A stretch of 64,000 bases of DNA from the human T2T-CHM13v2.0 reference genome, Homo sapiens: the NCBI RefSeq assembly GCF_009914755.1, contig NC_060925.1; one strand, written 5' to 3'. A program made the position numbers and the translations under genes. Below the pieces are notes generated by a model, which saw only the letters and a list, made by a program, of their open reading frames with translations, ran no database searches and was not told the DNA's origin. This document shows positions 29,301-45,400 of this stretch, in pieces. How positions within the stretch are numbered: position 1 is the first letter of the stretch; every line of letters begins with the position of its first letter.

Positions 29301-32300
29301 TCAGATGGAAATGAATGGAATCGTCATAGAATGGAATCGAATGGATTCATTGAATGGAATCAGATGGAATCATCGAATGGACTGGAATGGAATCATTGAA
29401 TGGACTCGAAAGGGATCATGATTGAATGGAATTGAATGGAATCATCGAATGGTCTCGATTGGAATCATTATCAAATGGAATCGAATGGAATCACCGAATA
29501 GAATCGAATGGAACAATCATCGAATGGACTCAAATGGAATTATCCTCCAATGGAATCGAATGGAATTATCGAATGCAATCGAATGGAATTATCGAATGCA
29601 ATCGAATAGAATCATCGAATGGACTCGAATGGAATCATCGAATGGAATGGAATGGAACAGTCAATGAACTCGAATGGAATCATCATTGAATGGAATCGAA
29701 TGGAATCATCGAGTGGAATCGAATGGAATTATGATCAAATGGAATCGAATGTAATCATCATCAAATGGAATCAAAAATAACCATCATCAATTGGTATTGA
29801 ATGGAATTGTCATCAAATGGAATTCAAAGGAATCATCATCAAATGGAACCGAATGGAATCCTCATTGAATGGAAATGAAAGGGGTCATCATCTAATGGAA
29901 TCGCATGGAATCATCATCAAATGGAATCGAATGGAATCATCATCAAATGGAATCTAATGGAATCATTGAACAGAATTGAATGGAATCGTCATCGAATGAA
30001 TTGAATGCAATCATCGAATGGTCTCGAATGGAATCATCTTCTAATGGAAAGGAATGGAATCATCGCATAGAATCGAATGGAATTATCATCGAATGGAATC
30101 AAATGGTATCAACACCAAACGGAAAAAAACGGAATTATCGAATGGAATCGAAGAGAATCTTCGAACGGACCCGAATGGAATCATCTAATGGAATGGAATG
30201 GAATAATCCATGGACTCGAATGCAATCATCATCGAATGGAATGGAATGGAATCATCGAATGGACTCGAATGGAATAATCATTGAAGGGAATCGAATGGAA
30301 TCATCATCGGATGGAAACGAATGGAATCATCATCGAATGGAAATGAAAGGAGTCATCATCTAATGGAATTGCATGGAATCATCATAAAATGGAATCGAAT
30401 GGAATCCACATCAAATGGAATCAAATGGAATCATTGAACGGAATTGAATGGAATCGTCATCGAATGAATTGACTGCAATCATCGAATGGGCTCGAATGGA
30501 ATCATCTTCAAATGGAATGGAATGGAATCATCGCATAGAATCGAATGGAATTATCATCGAATGGAATCGAATGGAATCAACATCAAATGGAAAAAAACGG
30601 AATTATCGAATGGAATCGAAGAGAATCATCGAATGGACCCGAATGGAATCATCTAATGGAATGGAATGGAATAATCCATGGACTCGAATGCAATCATCAT
30701 CGAATGGAATCGAATGGAATCATCGAATGGACTCGAATGGAATAATCATTGAACGGAATCGAATGGAATCATCATCGGATGGAAATGAATGGAATCATCA
30801 TCGAATGGAATCGAATAGAATTATGGAATGAAATCCAGTGTGATCATCATCGAATGGACCCGAATGGAATCATCATCCAACAGAAGCTAATGGAATCAAC
30901 ATCGAATGAATCGAATGGAAACACCATCGAATTGAAACGAATGGAATTATCATGAAATTGAAATGGATGGACTCATCATCGAATGGATTCGAATGGAATC
31001 ATCGAATAAAATTGATTGAAATCATCATCCAATGGAATCGAATGGTATCATTGAATGGAATCGAATGGAATCATCATCAGATGGAAATGAATGGAATCGT
31101 CATAGAATGGAATCGAATGGATTCATTGAATGGAATCAGATGGAATCATCGAATGGACTGGAATGGAATCATTGAATGGACTCGAAAGGGATCATTATTG
31201 AATGGAATTGAATGGAATCATCGAATGGTCTCGATTGGAATCATTATCAAATGGAATCGAATGGAATCACCGAATAGAATCGAATGGAACAATCATCGAA
31301 TGGACTCAAATGGAATTATCCTCCAATGGAATCGAATGGAATTATCGAATGCAATCGAATGGAATTATCGAATGCAATCGAATAGAATCATCGAATGGAC
31401 TCGAATGGAATCATCGAATGGAATGGAATGGAACAGTCAATGAACTCGAATGGAATCATCATTGATTGGAATCGAATGGAATCATCGAGTGGAATCGAAT
31501 GGAATTATGATCAAATGGAATCGAATGTAATCATCATCAAATGGAATCAAAAATAACCATCATCAATTGGTATTGAATGGAATTGTCATCAAATGGAATT
31601 CAAAGGAATCATCATCAAATGGAACCGAATGGAATCCTCATTGAATGGAAATGAAAGGGGTCATCATCTAATGGAATCGCATGGAATCATCATCAAATGG
31701 AATCGAATGGAATCATCATCAAATGGAATCTAATGGAATCATTGAACAGAATTGAATGGAATCGTCATCGAATGAATTGAATGCAATCATCGAATGGTCT
31801 CGAATGGAATCATCTTCTAATGGAAAGGAATGGAATCATCGCATAGAATCGAATGGAATTATCATCGAATGGAATCGAATGGTATCAACACCAAACGGAA
31901 AAAAACGGAATTATCGAATGGAATCGAAGAGAATCTTCGAACGGACCCGAATGGAATCATCTAATGGAATGGAATGGAATAATCCATGGACTCGAATGCA
32001 ATCATCATCGAATGGAATCGAATGGAGTCATCGAATGGACTCGAATGGAATAATCATTGAACGGAATCGAATGGAATCATCATCGGATGGAAACGAATGG
32101 AATCATCATCGAATGGAAATGAAAGGAGTCATCATCTAATGGAATTGCATGGAATCATCATAAAATGCAATCGAATGGAATCAACATCAAATGGAATCAA
32201 ATGGAATCATTGAACGGAATTGAATGGAATCGTCATCGAATGAATTGACTGCAATCATCGAATGGTCTCGAATGGAATCATCTTCAAATGGAATGGAATG

Positions 32301-35300
32301 GAATCATCGCATAGAATCGAATGGAATTATCATCGAATGGAATCGAATGGAATCAACATCAAACGGAAAAAAACGGAATTATCGAATGGAATCGAAGAGA
32401 ATCATCGAATGGACCCGAATGGAATCATCTAATGGAATGGAATGGAATAATCCATGGACTCGAATGCAATCATCATCGAATGGAATCGAATGGAATCATC
32501 GAATGGACTCGAATGGAATAATCATTGAACGGAATCGAATGGAATCATCATCGGATGGAAATGAATGGAATCATCATCGAATGGAATCGAATAGAATTAT
32601 GGAATGAAATCCAGTGTGATCATCATCGAATGGACCCGAATGGAATCATCATCCAACGGAAGCTAATGGAATCAACATCGAATGAATCGAATGGAAACAC
32701 CATCGAATTGAAACGAATGGAATTATCATGAAATTGAAATGGATGGACTCATCATCGAATGGATTCGAATGGAATCATCGAATAAAATTGATTGAAATCA
32801 TCATGCAATGGAATCGAATGGTATCATTGAATGGAATCGAATGGAATCATCATCAGATGGAAATGAATGGAATCGTCATAGAATGGAATCGAATGGATTC
32901 ATTGAATGGAATCAGATGGAATCATCGAATGGACTGGAATGGAATCATTGAATGGACTCGAAAGGGATCATTATTGAATGGAATTGAATGGAATCATCGA
33001 ATGGTCTCGATTGGAATCATTATCACATGGAATCGAATGGAATCACCGAATAGAATCGAATGGAACAATCATCGAATGGACTCAAATGGAATTATCCTCC
33101 AATGGAATCGAATGGAATTATCGAATGCAATCGAATGGAATTATCGAATGCAATCGAATAGAATCATCGAATGGACTCGAATGGAATCATCGAATGGAAT
33201 GGAATGGAACAGTCAATGAACTCGAATGGAATCATCATTGAATGGAATCGAATGGAATCATCGAGTGGAATCGAATGGAATTATGATCAAATGGAATCGA
33301 ATGTAATCCTCATCAAATGGAATCAAAAATAACCATCATCAATTGGTATTGAATGGAATTGTCATCAAATGGAATTCAAAGGAATCATCATCAAATGGAA
33401 CCGAATGGAATCCTCATTGAATGGAAATGAAAGGGGTCATCATCTAATGGAATCGCATGGAATCATCATCAAATGGAATCGAATGGAATCATCATCAAAT
33501 GGAATCTAATGGAATCATTGAACAGAATTGAATGGAATCGTCATCGAATGAATTGAATGCAATCATCGAATGGTCTCGAATGGAATCATCTTCTAATGGA
33601 AAGGAATGGAATCATCGCATAGAATCGAATGGAATTATCATCGAATGGAATCGAATGGTATCAACACCAAACGGAAAAATACGGAATTATCGAATGGAAT
33701 CGAAGAGAATCTTCGAACGGACCCGAATGGAATCATCTAATGGAATGGAATGGAATAATCCATGGACTCGAATGCAATCATCATCGAATGGAATGGAATG
33801 GAATCATCGAATGGACTCGAATGGAATAATCATTGAACGGAATCGAATGGAATCATCATCGGATGGAAACGAATGGAATCATCATCGAATGGAAATGAAA
33901 GGAGTCATCATCTAATGGAATTGCATGGAATCATCATAAAATGGAATCGAATGGAATCAACATCAAATGGAATCAAATGGAATCATTGAACGGAATTGAA
34001 TGGAATCGTCATCGAATGAATTGACTGCAATCATCGAATGGTCTCGAATGGAATCATCTTCAAATGGAATGGAATGGAATCATCGCATAGAATCGAATGG
34101 AATTATCATCGAATGGAATCGAATGGAATCAACATCAAACGGAAAAAAACGGAATTATCGAATGGAATCGAAGAGAATCATCGAATGGACCCGAATGGAA
34201 TCATCTAATGGAATGGAATGGAATAATCCATGGACTCGAATGCAATCATCATCGAATGGAATCGAATGGAATCATCGAATGGACTCGAATGGAATAATCA
34301 TTGAACGGAATCGAATGGAATCATCATCGGATGGAAATGAATGGAATCATCATCGAATGGAATCGAATAGAATTATGGAATGAAATCCAGTGTGATCATC
34401 ATCGAATGGACCCGAATGGAATCATCATCCAACGGAAGCTAATGGAATCAACATCGAATGAATCGAATGGAAACACCATCGAATTGAAACGAATGGAATT
34501 ATCATGAAATTGAAATGGATGGACTCATCATCGAATGGATTCGAATGGAATCATCGAATAAAATTGATTGAAATCATCATCGAATGGAATCGAATGGTAT
34601 CATTGAATGGAATCGAATGGAATCATCATCAGATGGAAATGAATGGAATTGTCATAGAATGGAATCGAATGGATTCATTGAATGGAATCAGATGGAATCA
34701 TCGAATGGACTGGAATGGAATCATTGAATGGACTCGAAAGGGATCATGATTGAATGGAATTGAATGGAATCATCGAATGGTCTCGATTGGAATCATTATC
34801 AAATGGAATCGAATGGAATCACCGAATAGAATCGAATGGAACAATCATCTAATGGACTCAAATGGAATTATCCTCAAATGGAATCGAATGGAATTATCGA
34901 ATGCAATCGAATGGAATTATCGAATGCAATCGAATAGAATCATCGAAAGGACTCGAATGGAATCATCGAATGGAATGGAATGGAACAGTCAATGAACTCG
35001 AATGGAATCATCATTGAATGGAATCGAATGGAATCATCGAGTGGAATCGAATGGAATTATGATCAAATGGAATCGAATGTAATCATCATCAAATGGAATC
35101 AAAAATAACCATCATCAATTGGTATTGAATGGAATTGTCATCAAATGGAATTCAAAGGAATCATCATCAAATGGAACCGAATGGAATCCTCATTGAATGG
35201 AAATGAAAGGGGTCATCATCTAATGGAATCGCATGGAATCATCATCAAATGGAATCGAATGGAATCATCATCAAATGGAATCTAATGGAATCATTGAACA

Positions 35301-38300
35301 GAATTGAATGGAATCGTCATCGAATGAATTGAATGCAATCATCGAATGGTCTCGAATGGAATCATCTTCTAATGGAAAGGAATGGAATCATCGCATAGAA
35401 TCGAATGGAATTATCATCGAATGGAATCGAATGGTATCAACACCAAACGGAAAAAAACGGAATTATCGAATGGAATCGAAGAGAATCTTCGAACGGACCC
35501 GAATGGAATCATCTAATGGAATGGAATGGAATAATCCATGGACTCGAATGCAATCATCATCGAATGGAATCGAATGGAGTCATCGAATGGACTCGAATGG
35601 AATAATCATTGAACGGAATCGAATGGAATCATCATCGGATGGAAACGAATGGAATCATCATCGAATGGAAATGAAAGGAGTCATCATCTAATGGAATTGC
35701 ATGGAATCATCATAAAATGGAATCGAATGGAATCAACATCAAATGGAATCAAATGGAATCATTGAACGGAATTGAATGGAATCGTCATCGAATGAATTGA
35801 CTGCAATCATCGAATGGTCTCGAATGGAATCATCTTCAAATGGAATGGAATGGAATCATCGCATAGAATCGAATGGAATTATCATCGAATGGAATCGAAT
35901 GGAATCAACATCAAACGGAAAAAAACGGAATTATCGAATGGAATCGAAGAGAATCATCGAATGGACCCGAATGGAATCATCTAATGGAATGGAATGGAAT
36001 AATCCATGGACTCGAATGCAATCATCATCGAATGGAATCGAATGGAATCATCGAATGGACTCGAATGGAATAATCATTGAACGGAATCGAATGGAATCAT
36101 CATCGGATGGAAATGAATGGAATCATCATCGAATGGAATCGAATAGAATTATGGAATGAAATCCAGTGTGATCATCATCGAATGGACCCGAATGGAATCA
36201 TCATCCAACGGAAGCTAATGGAATCAACATCGAATGAATCGAATGGAAACACCATCGAATTGAAACGAATGGAATTATCATGAAATTGAAATGGATGGAC
36301 TCATCATCGAATGGATTCGAATGGAATCATCGAATAAAATTGATTGAAATCATCATGCAATGGAATCGAATGGTATCATTGAATGGAATCGAATGGAATC
36401 ATCATCAGATGGAAATGAATGGAATCGTCATAGAATGGAATCGAATGGATTCATTGAATGGAATCAGATGGAATCATCGAATGGACTGGAATGGAATCAT
36501 TGAATGGACTCGAAAGGGATCATTATTGAATGGAATTGAATGGAATCATCGAATGGTCTCGATTGGAATCATTATCACATGGAATCGAATGGAATCACCG
36601 AATAGAATCGAATGGAACAATCATCGAATGGACTCAAATGGAATTATCCTCCAATGGAATCGAATGGAATTATCGAATGCAATCGAATGGAATTATCGAA
36701 TGCAATCGAATAGAATCATCGAATGGACTCGAATGGAATCATCGAATGGAATGGAATGGAACAGTCAATGAACTCGAATGGAATCATCATTGAATGGAAT
36801 CGAATGGAATCATCGAGTGGAATCGAATGGAATTATGATCAAATGGAATCGAATGTAATCCTCATCAAATGGAATCAAAAATAACCATCATCAATTGGTA
36901 TTGAATGGAATTGTCATCAAATGGAATTCAAAGGAATCATCATCAAATGGAACCGAATGGAATCCTCATTGAATGGAAATGAAAGGGGTCATCATCTAAT
37001 GGAATCGCATGGAATCATCATCAAATGGAATCGAATGGAATCATCATCAAATGGAATCTAATGGAATCATTGAACAGAATTGAATGGAATCGTCATCGAA
37101 TGAATTGAATGCAATCATCGAATGGTCTCGAATGGAATCATCTTCTAATGGAAAGGAATGGAATCATCGCATAGAATCGAATGGAATTATCATCGAATGG
37201 AATCGAATGGTATCAACACCAAACGGAAAAATACGGAATTATCGAATGGAATCGAAGAGAATCTTCGAACGGACCCGAATGGAATCATCTAATGGAATGG
37301 AATGGAATAATCCATGGACTCGAATGCAATCATCATCGAATGGAATGGAATGGAATCATCGAATGGACTCGAATGGAATAATCATTGAACGGAATCGAAT
37401 GGAATCATCATCGGATGGAAACGAATGGAATCATCATCGAATGGAAATGAAAGGAGTCATCATCTAATGGAATTGCATGGAATCATCATAAAATGGAATC
37501 GAATGGAATCAACATCAAATGGAATCAAATGGAATCATTGAACGGAATTGAATGGAATCGTCATCGAATGAATTGACTGCAATCATCGAATGGTCTCGAA
37601 TGGAATCATCTTCAAATGGAATGGAATGGAATCATCGCATAGAATCGAATGGAATTATCATCGAATGGAATCGAATGGAATCAACATCAAACGGAAAAAA
37701 ACGGAATTATCGAATGGAATCGAAGAGAATCATCGAATGGACCCGAATGGAATCATCTAATGGAATGGAATGGAATAATCCATGGACTCGAATGCAATCA
37801 TCATCGAATGGAATCGAATGGAATCATCGAATGGACTCGAATGGAATAATCATTGAACGGAATCGAATGGAATCATCATCGGATGGAAATGAATGGAATC
37901 ATCATCGAATGGAATCGAATAGAATTATGGAATGAAATCCAGTGTGATCATCATCGAATGGACCCGAATGGAATCATCATCCAACGGAAGCTAATGGAAT
38001 CAACATCGAATGAATCGAATGGAAACACCATCGAATTGAAACGAATGGAATTATCATGAAATTGAAATGGATGGACTCATCATCGAATGGATTCGAATGG
38101 AATCATCGAATAAAATTGATTGAAATCATCATCCAATGGAATCGAATGGTATCATTGAATGGAAACGAATGGAATCATCATCAGATGGAAATGAATGGAA
38201 TCGTCATAGAATGGAATCGAATGGATTCATTGAATGGAATCAGATGGAATCATCGAATGGACTGGAATGGAATCATTGAATGGACTCGAAAGGGATCATG

Positions 38301-39499
38301 ATTGAATGGAATTGAATGGAATCATCGAATGGTCTCGATTGGAATCATTATCAAATGGAATCGAATGGAATCACCGAATAGAATCGAATGGAACAATCAT
38401 CGAATGGACTCAAATGGAATTATCCTCCAATGGAATCGAATGGAATTATCGAATGCAATCGAATGGAATTATCGAATGCAATCGAATAGAATCATCGAAT
38501 GGACTCGAATGGAATCATCGAATGGAATGGAATGGAACAGTCAATGAACTCGAATGGAATCATCATTGAATGGAATCGAATGGAATCATCGAGTGGAATC
38601 GAATGGAATTATGATCAAATGGAATCGAATGTAATCATCATCAAATGGAATCAAAAATAACCATCATCAATTGGTATTGAATGGAATTGTCATCAAATGG
38701 AATTCAAAGGAATCATCATCAAATGGAACCGAATGGAATCCTCATTGAATGGAAATGAAAGGGGTCATCATCTAATGGAATCGCATGGAATCATCATCAA
38801 ATGGAATCGAATGGAATCATCATCAAATGGAATCTAATGGAATCATTGAACAGAATTGAATGGAATCGTCATCGAATGAATTGAATGCAATCATCGAATG
38901 GTCTCGAATGGAATCATCTTCTAATGGAAAGGAATGGAATCATCGCATAGAATCGAATGGAATTATCATCGAATGGAATCAAATGGTATCAACACCAAAC
39001 GGAAAAAAACGGAATTAACGAATGGAATCGAAGAGAATCTTCGAACGGACCCGAATGGAATCATCTAATGGAATGGAATGGAATAATCCATGGACTCGAA
39101 TGCAATCATCATCGAATGGAATGGAATGGAATCATCGAATGGACTCGAATGGAATAATCATTGAACGGAATCGAATGGAATCATCATCGGATGGAAACGA
39201 ATGGAATCATCATCGAATGGAAATGAAAGGAGTCATCATCTAATGGAATTGCATGGAATCATCATAAAATGGAATCGAATGGAATCAACATCAAATGGAA
39301 TCAAATGGAATCATTGAACGGAATTGAATGGAATCGTCATCGAATGAATTGACTGCAATCATCGAATGGTCTCGAATGGAATCATCTTCAAATGGAATGG
39401 AATGGAATCATCGCATAGAATCGAATGGAATTATCATCGAATGGAATCGAATGGAATCAACATCAAATGGAAAAAAACGGAATTATCGAATGGAATCGA

Positions 39500-42400
39500 A
39501 GAGAATCATCGAATGGACCCGAATGGAATCATCTAATGGAATGGAATGGAATAATCCATGGACTCGAATGCAATCATCATCGAATGGAATCGAATGGAAT
39601 CATCGAATGGACTCGAATGGAATAATCATTGAACGGAATCGAATGGAATCATCATCGGATGGAAATGAATGGAATCATCATCGAATGGAATCGAATAGAA
39701 TTATGGAATGAAATCCAGTGTGATCATCATCGAATGGACCCGAATGGAATCATCATCCAACGGAAGCTAATGGAATCAACATCGAATGAATCGAATGGAA
39801 ACACCATCGAATTGAAACGAATGGAATTATCATGAAATTGAAATGGATGGACTCATCATCGAATGGATTCGAATGGAATCATCGAATAAAATTGATTGAA
39901 ATCATCATCGAATGGAATCGAATGGTATCATTGAATGGAATCGAATGGAATCATCATCAGATGGAAATGAATGGAATTGTCATAGAATGGAATCGAATGG
40001 ATTCATTGAATGGAATCAGATGGAATCATCGAATGGACTGGAATGGAATCATTGAATGGACTCGAAAGGGATCATGATTGAATGGAATTGAATGGAATCA
40101 TCGAATGGTCTCGATTGGAATCATTATCAAATGGAATCGAATGGAATCACCGAATAGAATCGAATGGAACAATCATCTAATGGACTCAAATGGAATTATC
40201 CTCAAATGGAATCGAATGGAATTATCGAATGCAATCGAATGGAATTATCGAATGCAATCGAATAGAATCATCGAAAGGACTCGAATGGAATCATCGAATG
40301 GAATGGAATGGAACAGTCAATGAACTCGAATGGAATCATCATTGAATGGAATCGAATGGAATCATCGAGTGGAATCGAATGGAATTATGATCAAATGGAA
40401 TCGAATGTAATCATCATCAAATGGAATCAAAAATAACCATCATCAATTGGTATTGAATGGAATTGTCATCAAATGGAATTCAAAGGAATCATCATCAAAT
40501 GGAACCGAATGGAATCCTCATTGAATGGAAATGAAAGGGGTCATCATCTAATGGAATCGCATGGAATCATCATCAAATGGAATCGAATGGAATCATCATC
40601 AAATGGAATCTAATGGAATCATTGAACAGAATTCAATGGAATCGTCATCGAATGAATTGAATGCAATCATCGAATGGTCTCGAATGGAATCATCTTCTAA
40701 TGGAAAGGAATGGAATCATAGCATAGAATCGAATGGAATTATCATCGAATGGAATCGAATGGTATCAACACCAAACGGAAAAAAACGGAATTATCGAATG
40801 GAATCGAAGAGAATCTTCGAACGGACCCGAATGGAATCATCTAATGGAATGGAATGGAATAATCCATGGACTCGAATGCAATCATCATCGAATGGAATCG
40901 ACTGGAATCATCGAATGGACTCGAATGGAATAATCATTGAACGGAATCGAATGGAATCATCATCGGATGGAAACGAATGGAATCATCATCGAATGGAAAT
41001 GAAAGGAGTCATCATCTAATGGAATTGCATGGAATCATCATAAAATGGAATCGAATGGAATCAACATCAAATGGAATCAAATGGAATCATTGAACGGAAT
41101 TGAATGGAATCGTCATCGAATGAATTGACTGCAATCATCGAATGGTCTCGAATGGAATCATCTTCAAATGGAATGGAATGGAATCATCGCATAGAATCGA
41201 ATGGAATTATCATCGAATGGAATCGAATGGAATCAACATCAAACGGAAAAAAACGGAATTATCGAATGGAATCGAAGAGAATCATCGAATGGACCCGAAT
41301 GGAATCATCTAATGGAATGGAATGGAATAATCCATGGACTCGAATGCAATCATCATCGAATGGAATCGAATGGAATCATCGAATGGACTCGAATGGAATA
41401 ATCATTGAACGGAATCGAATGGAATCATCATCGGATGGAAATGAATGGAATCATCATCGAATGGAATCGAATAGAATTATGGAATGAAATCCAGTGTGAT
41501 CATCATCGAATGGACCCGAATGGAATCATCATCCAACGGAAGCTAATGGAATCAACATCGAATGAATCGAATGGAAACACCATCGAATTGAAACGAATGG
41601 AATTATTATGAAATTGAAATGGATGGACTCATCATCGAATGGATTCGAATGGAATCATCGAATAAAATTGACTGAAATCATCATCCAATGGAATCGAATG
41701 GTATCATTGAATGGAATCGAATGGAATCATCATCAGATGGAAATGAATGGAATCGTCATAGAATGAAATCGAATGGATTCATTGAATGGAATCAGATGGA
41801 ATCATCGAATGGACTGGAATGGAATCATTGAATGGACTCGAAAGGGATCATGATTGAATGGAATTGAATGGAATCATCGAATGGTCTCGATTGGAATCAT
41901 TATCAAATGGAATCGAATGGAATCACCGAATAGAATCGAATGGAACAATCATCGAATGGACTCAAATGGAATTATCCTCAAATGGAATCGAATGGAATTA
42001 TCGAATGCAATCGAATGGAATTATCGAATGCAATCGAATAGAATCATCGAAAGGACTCGAATGGAATCATCGAATGGAATGGAATGGAACAGTCAATGAA
42101 CTCGAATGGAATCATCATTGAATGGAATCGAATGGAATCATCGACTGGAATCGAATGGAATTATGATCAAATGGAATCGAATGTAATCATCATCAAATGG
42201 AATCAAAAATAACCATCATCAATTGGTATTGAATGGAATTGTCATCAAATGGAATTCAAAGGAATCATCATCAAATGGAACCGAATGGAATCCTCATTGA
42301 ATGGAAATGAAAGGGGTCATCATCTAATGGAATCGCATGGAATCATCATCAAATGGAATAGAATGGAATCATCATCAAATGGAATCTAATGGAATCATTG

Positions 42401-45400
42401 AACAGAATTGAATGGAATCGTCATCGAATGAATTGAATGCAATCATCGAATGGTCTCGAATGGAATCTTCTTCTAATGGAAAGGAATGGAATCATCGCAT
42501 AGAATCGAATGGAATTATCATCGAATGGAATCGAATGATATCAACACCAAACGGAAAAAAACGGAATTATCGAATGGAATCGAAGAGAATCTTCGAACGG
42601 ACCCGAATGGAATCATCTAATGGAATGGAATGGAATAATCCATGGACTCGAATGCAATCATCATCGAATGGAATCGAATGGAATCATCGAATGGACTCGA
42701 ATGGAATAATCATTGAACGGAATCGAATGGAATCATCATCGGATGGAAATGAATGGAATCATCATCGAATGGAAATGAAAGGAGTCATCATCTAATGGAA
42801 TTGCATGGAATCATCATAAAATGGAATCGAATGGAATCAACCTCAAATGGAATCAAATGGAATCATTGAACGGAATTGAATGGAATCGTCATCGAATGAA
42901 TTGACTGCAATCATCGAATGGTCTCGAATGGAATCATCTTCAAATGGAATGGAATGGAATCATCGCATAGAATCGAATGGAATTATCATCGAATGGAATC
43001 GAATGGAATCAACATCAAACGGAAAAAAACGGAATTATCAAATGGAATCGAAGAGAATCATCGAATGGACCCGAATGGAATCATCTAATGGAATGGAATG
43101 GAATAATCCATGGACTCGAATGCAATCATCATCGAATGGAATCGAATGGAATCATCGAATGGACTCGAATGGAATAATCATTGAACGGAATCGAATGGAA
43201 TCATCATCGGATGGAAATGAATGGAATCATCATCGAATGGAATCGAATAGAATTATGGAATGAAATCCAGTGTGATCATCATCGAATGGACCCAAATGGA
43301 ATCATCATCCAACGGAAGCTAATGGAATCAACATCGAATGAATCGAATGGAAACACCATCGAATTGAAACGAATGGAATTATCATGAAATTGAAATGGAT
43401 GGACTCATCATCGAATGGATTCGAATGGAATCATCGAATAAAATTGATTGAAATCATCATCGAATGGAATCGAATGGTATCATTGAATGGAATCGAATGG
43501 AATCATCATCAGATGGAAATGAATGGAATTGTCATAGAATGGAATCGAATGGATTCATTGAATGGAATCAGATGGAATCATCGAATGGACTGGAATGGAA
43601 TCATTGAATGGACTCGAAAGGGATCATGATTGAATGGAATTGAATGGAATCATCGAATGGTCTCGATTGGAATCATTATCAAATGGAATCGAATGGAATC
43701 ACCGAATAGAATCGAATGGAACAATCATCTAATGGACTCAAATGGAATTATCCTCAAATGGAATCGAATGGAATTATCGAATGCAATCGAATGGAATTAT
43801 CGAATGCAATCGAATAGAATCATCGAAAGGACTCGAATGGAATCATCGAATGGAATGGAATGGAACAGTCAATGAACTCGAATGGAATCATCATTGAATG
43901 GAATCGAATGGAATCATCGAGTGGAATCGAATGGAATTATGATCAAATGGAATCGAATGTAATCATCATCAAATGGAATCAAAAATAACCATCATCAATT
44001 GGTATTGAATGGAATTGTCATCAAATGGAATTCAAAGGAATCATCATCAAATGGAACCGAATGGAATCCTCATTGAATGGAAATGAAAGGGGTCATCATC
44101 TAATGGAATCGCATGGAATCATCATCAAATGGAATCGAATGGAATCATCATCAAATGGAATCTAATGGAATCATTGAACAGAATTCAATGGAATCGTCAT
44201 CGAATGAATTGAATGCAATCATCGAATGGTCTCGAATGGAATCATCTTGTAATGGAAAGGAATGGAATCATAGCATAGAATCGAATGGAATTATCATCGA
44301 ATGGAATCGAATGGTATCAACACCAAACGGAAAAAAACGGAATTATCGAATGGAATCGAAGAGAATCTTCGAACGGACCCGAATGGAATCATCTAATGGA
44401 ATGGAATGGAATAATCCATGGACTCGAATGCAATCATCATCGAATGGAATCGACTGGAATCATCGAATGGACTCGAATGGAATAATCATTGAACGGAATC
44501 GAATGGAATCATCATCGGATGGAAACGAATGGAATCATCATCGAATGGAAATGAAAGGAGTCATCATCTAATGGAATTGCATGGAATCATCATAAAATGG
44601 AATCGAATGGAATCAACATCAAATGGAATCAAATGGAATCATTGAACGGAATTGAATGGAATCGTCATCGAATGAATTGACTGCAATCATCGAATGGTCT
44701 CGAATGGAATCATCTTCAAATGGAATGGAATGGAATCATCGCATAGAATCGAATGGAATTATCATCGAATGGAATCGAATGGAATCAACATCAAACGGAA
44801 AAAAACGGAATTATCGAATGGAATCGAAGAGAATCATCGAATGGACCCGAATGGAATCATCTAATGGAATGGAATGGAATAATCCATGGACTCGAATGCA
44901 ATCATCATCGAATGGAATCGAATGGAATCATCGAATGGACTCGAATGGAATAATCATTGAACGGAATCGAATGGAATCATCATCGGATGGAAATGAATGG
45001 AATCATCATCGAATGGAATCGAATAGAATTATGGAATGAAATCCAGTGTGATCATCATCGAATGGACCCGAATGGAATCATCATCCAACGGAAGCTAATG
45101 GAATCAACATCGAATGAATCGAATGGAAACACCATCGAATTGAAACGAATGGAATTATTATGAAATTGAAATGGATGGACTCATCATCGAATGGATTCGA
45201 ATGGAATCATCGAATAAAATTGACTGAAATCATCATCCAATGGAATCGAATGGTATCATTGAATGGAATCGAATGGAATCATCATCAGATGGAAATGAAT
45301 GGAATCGTCATAGAATGAAATCGAATGGATTCATTGAATGGAATCAGATGGAATCATCGAATGGACTGGAATGGAATCATTGAATGGACTCGAAAGGGAT

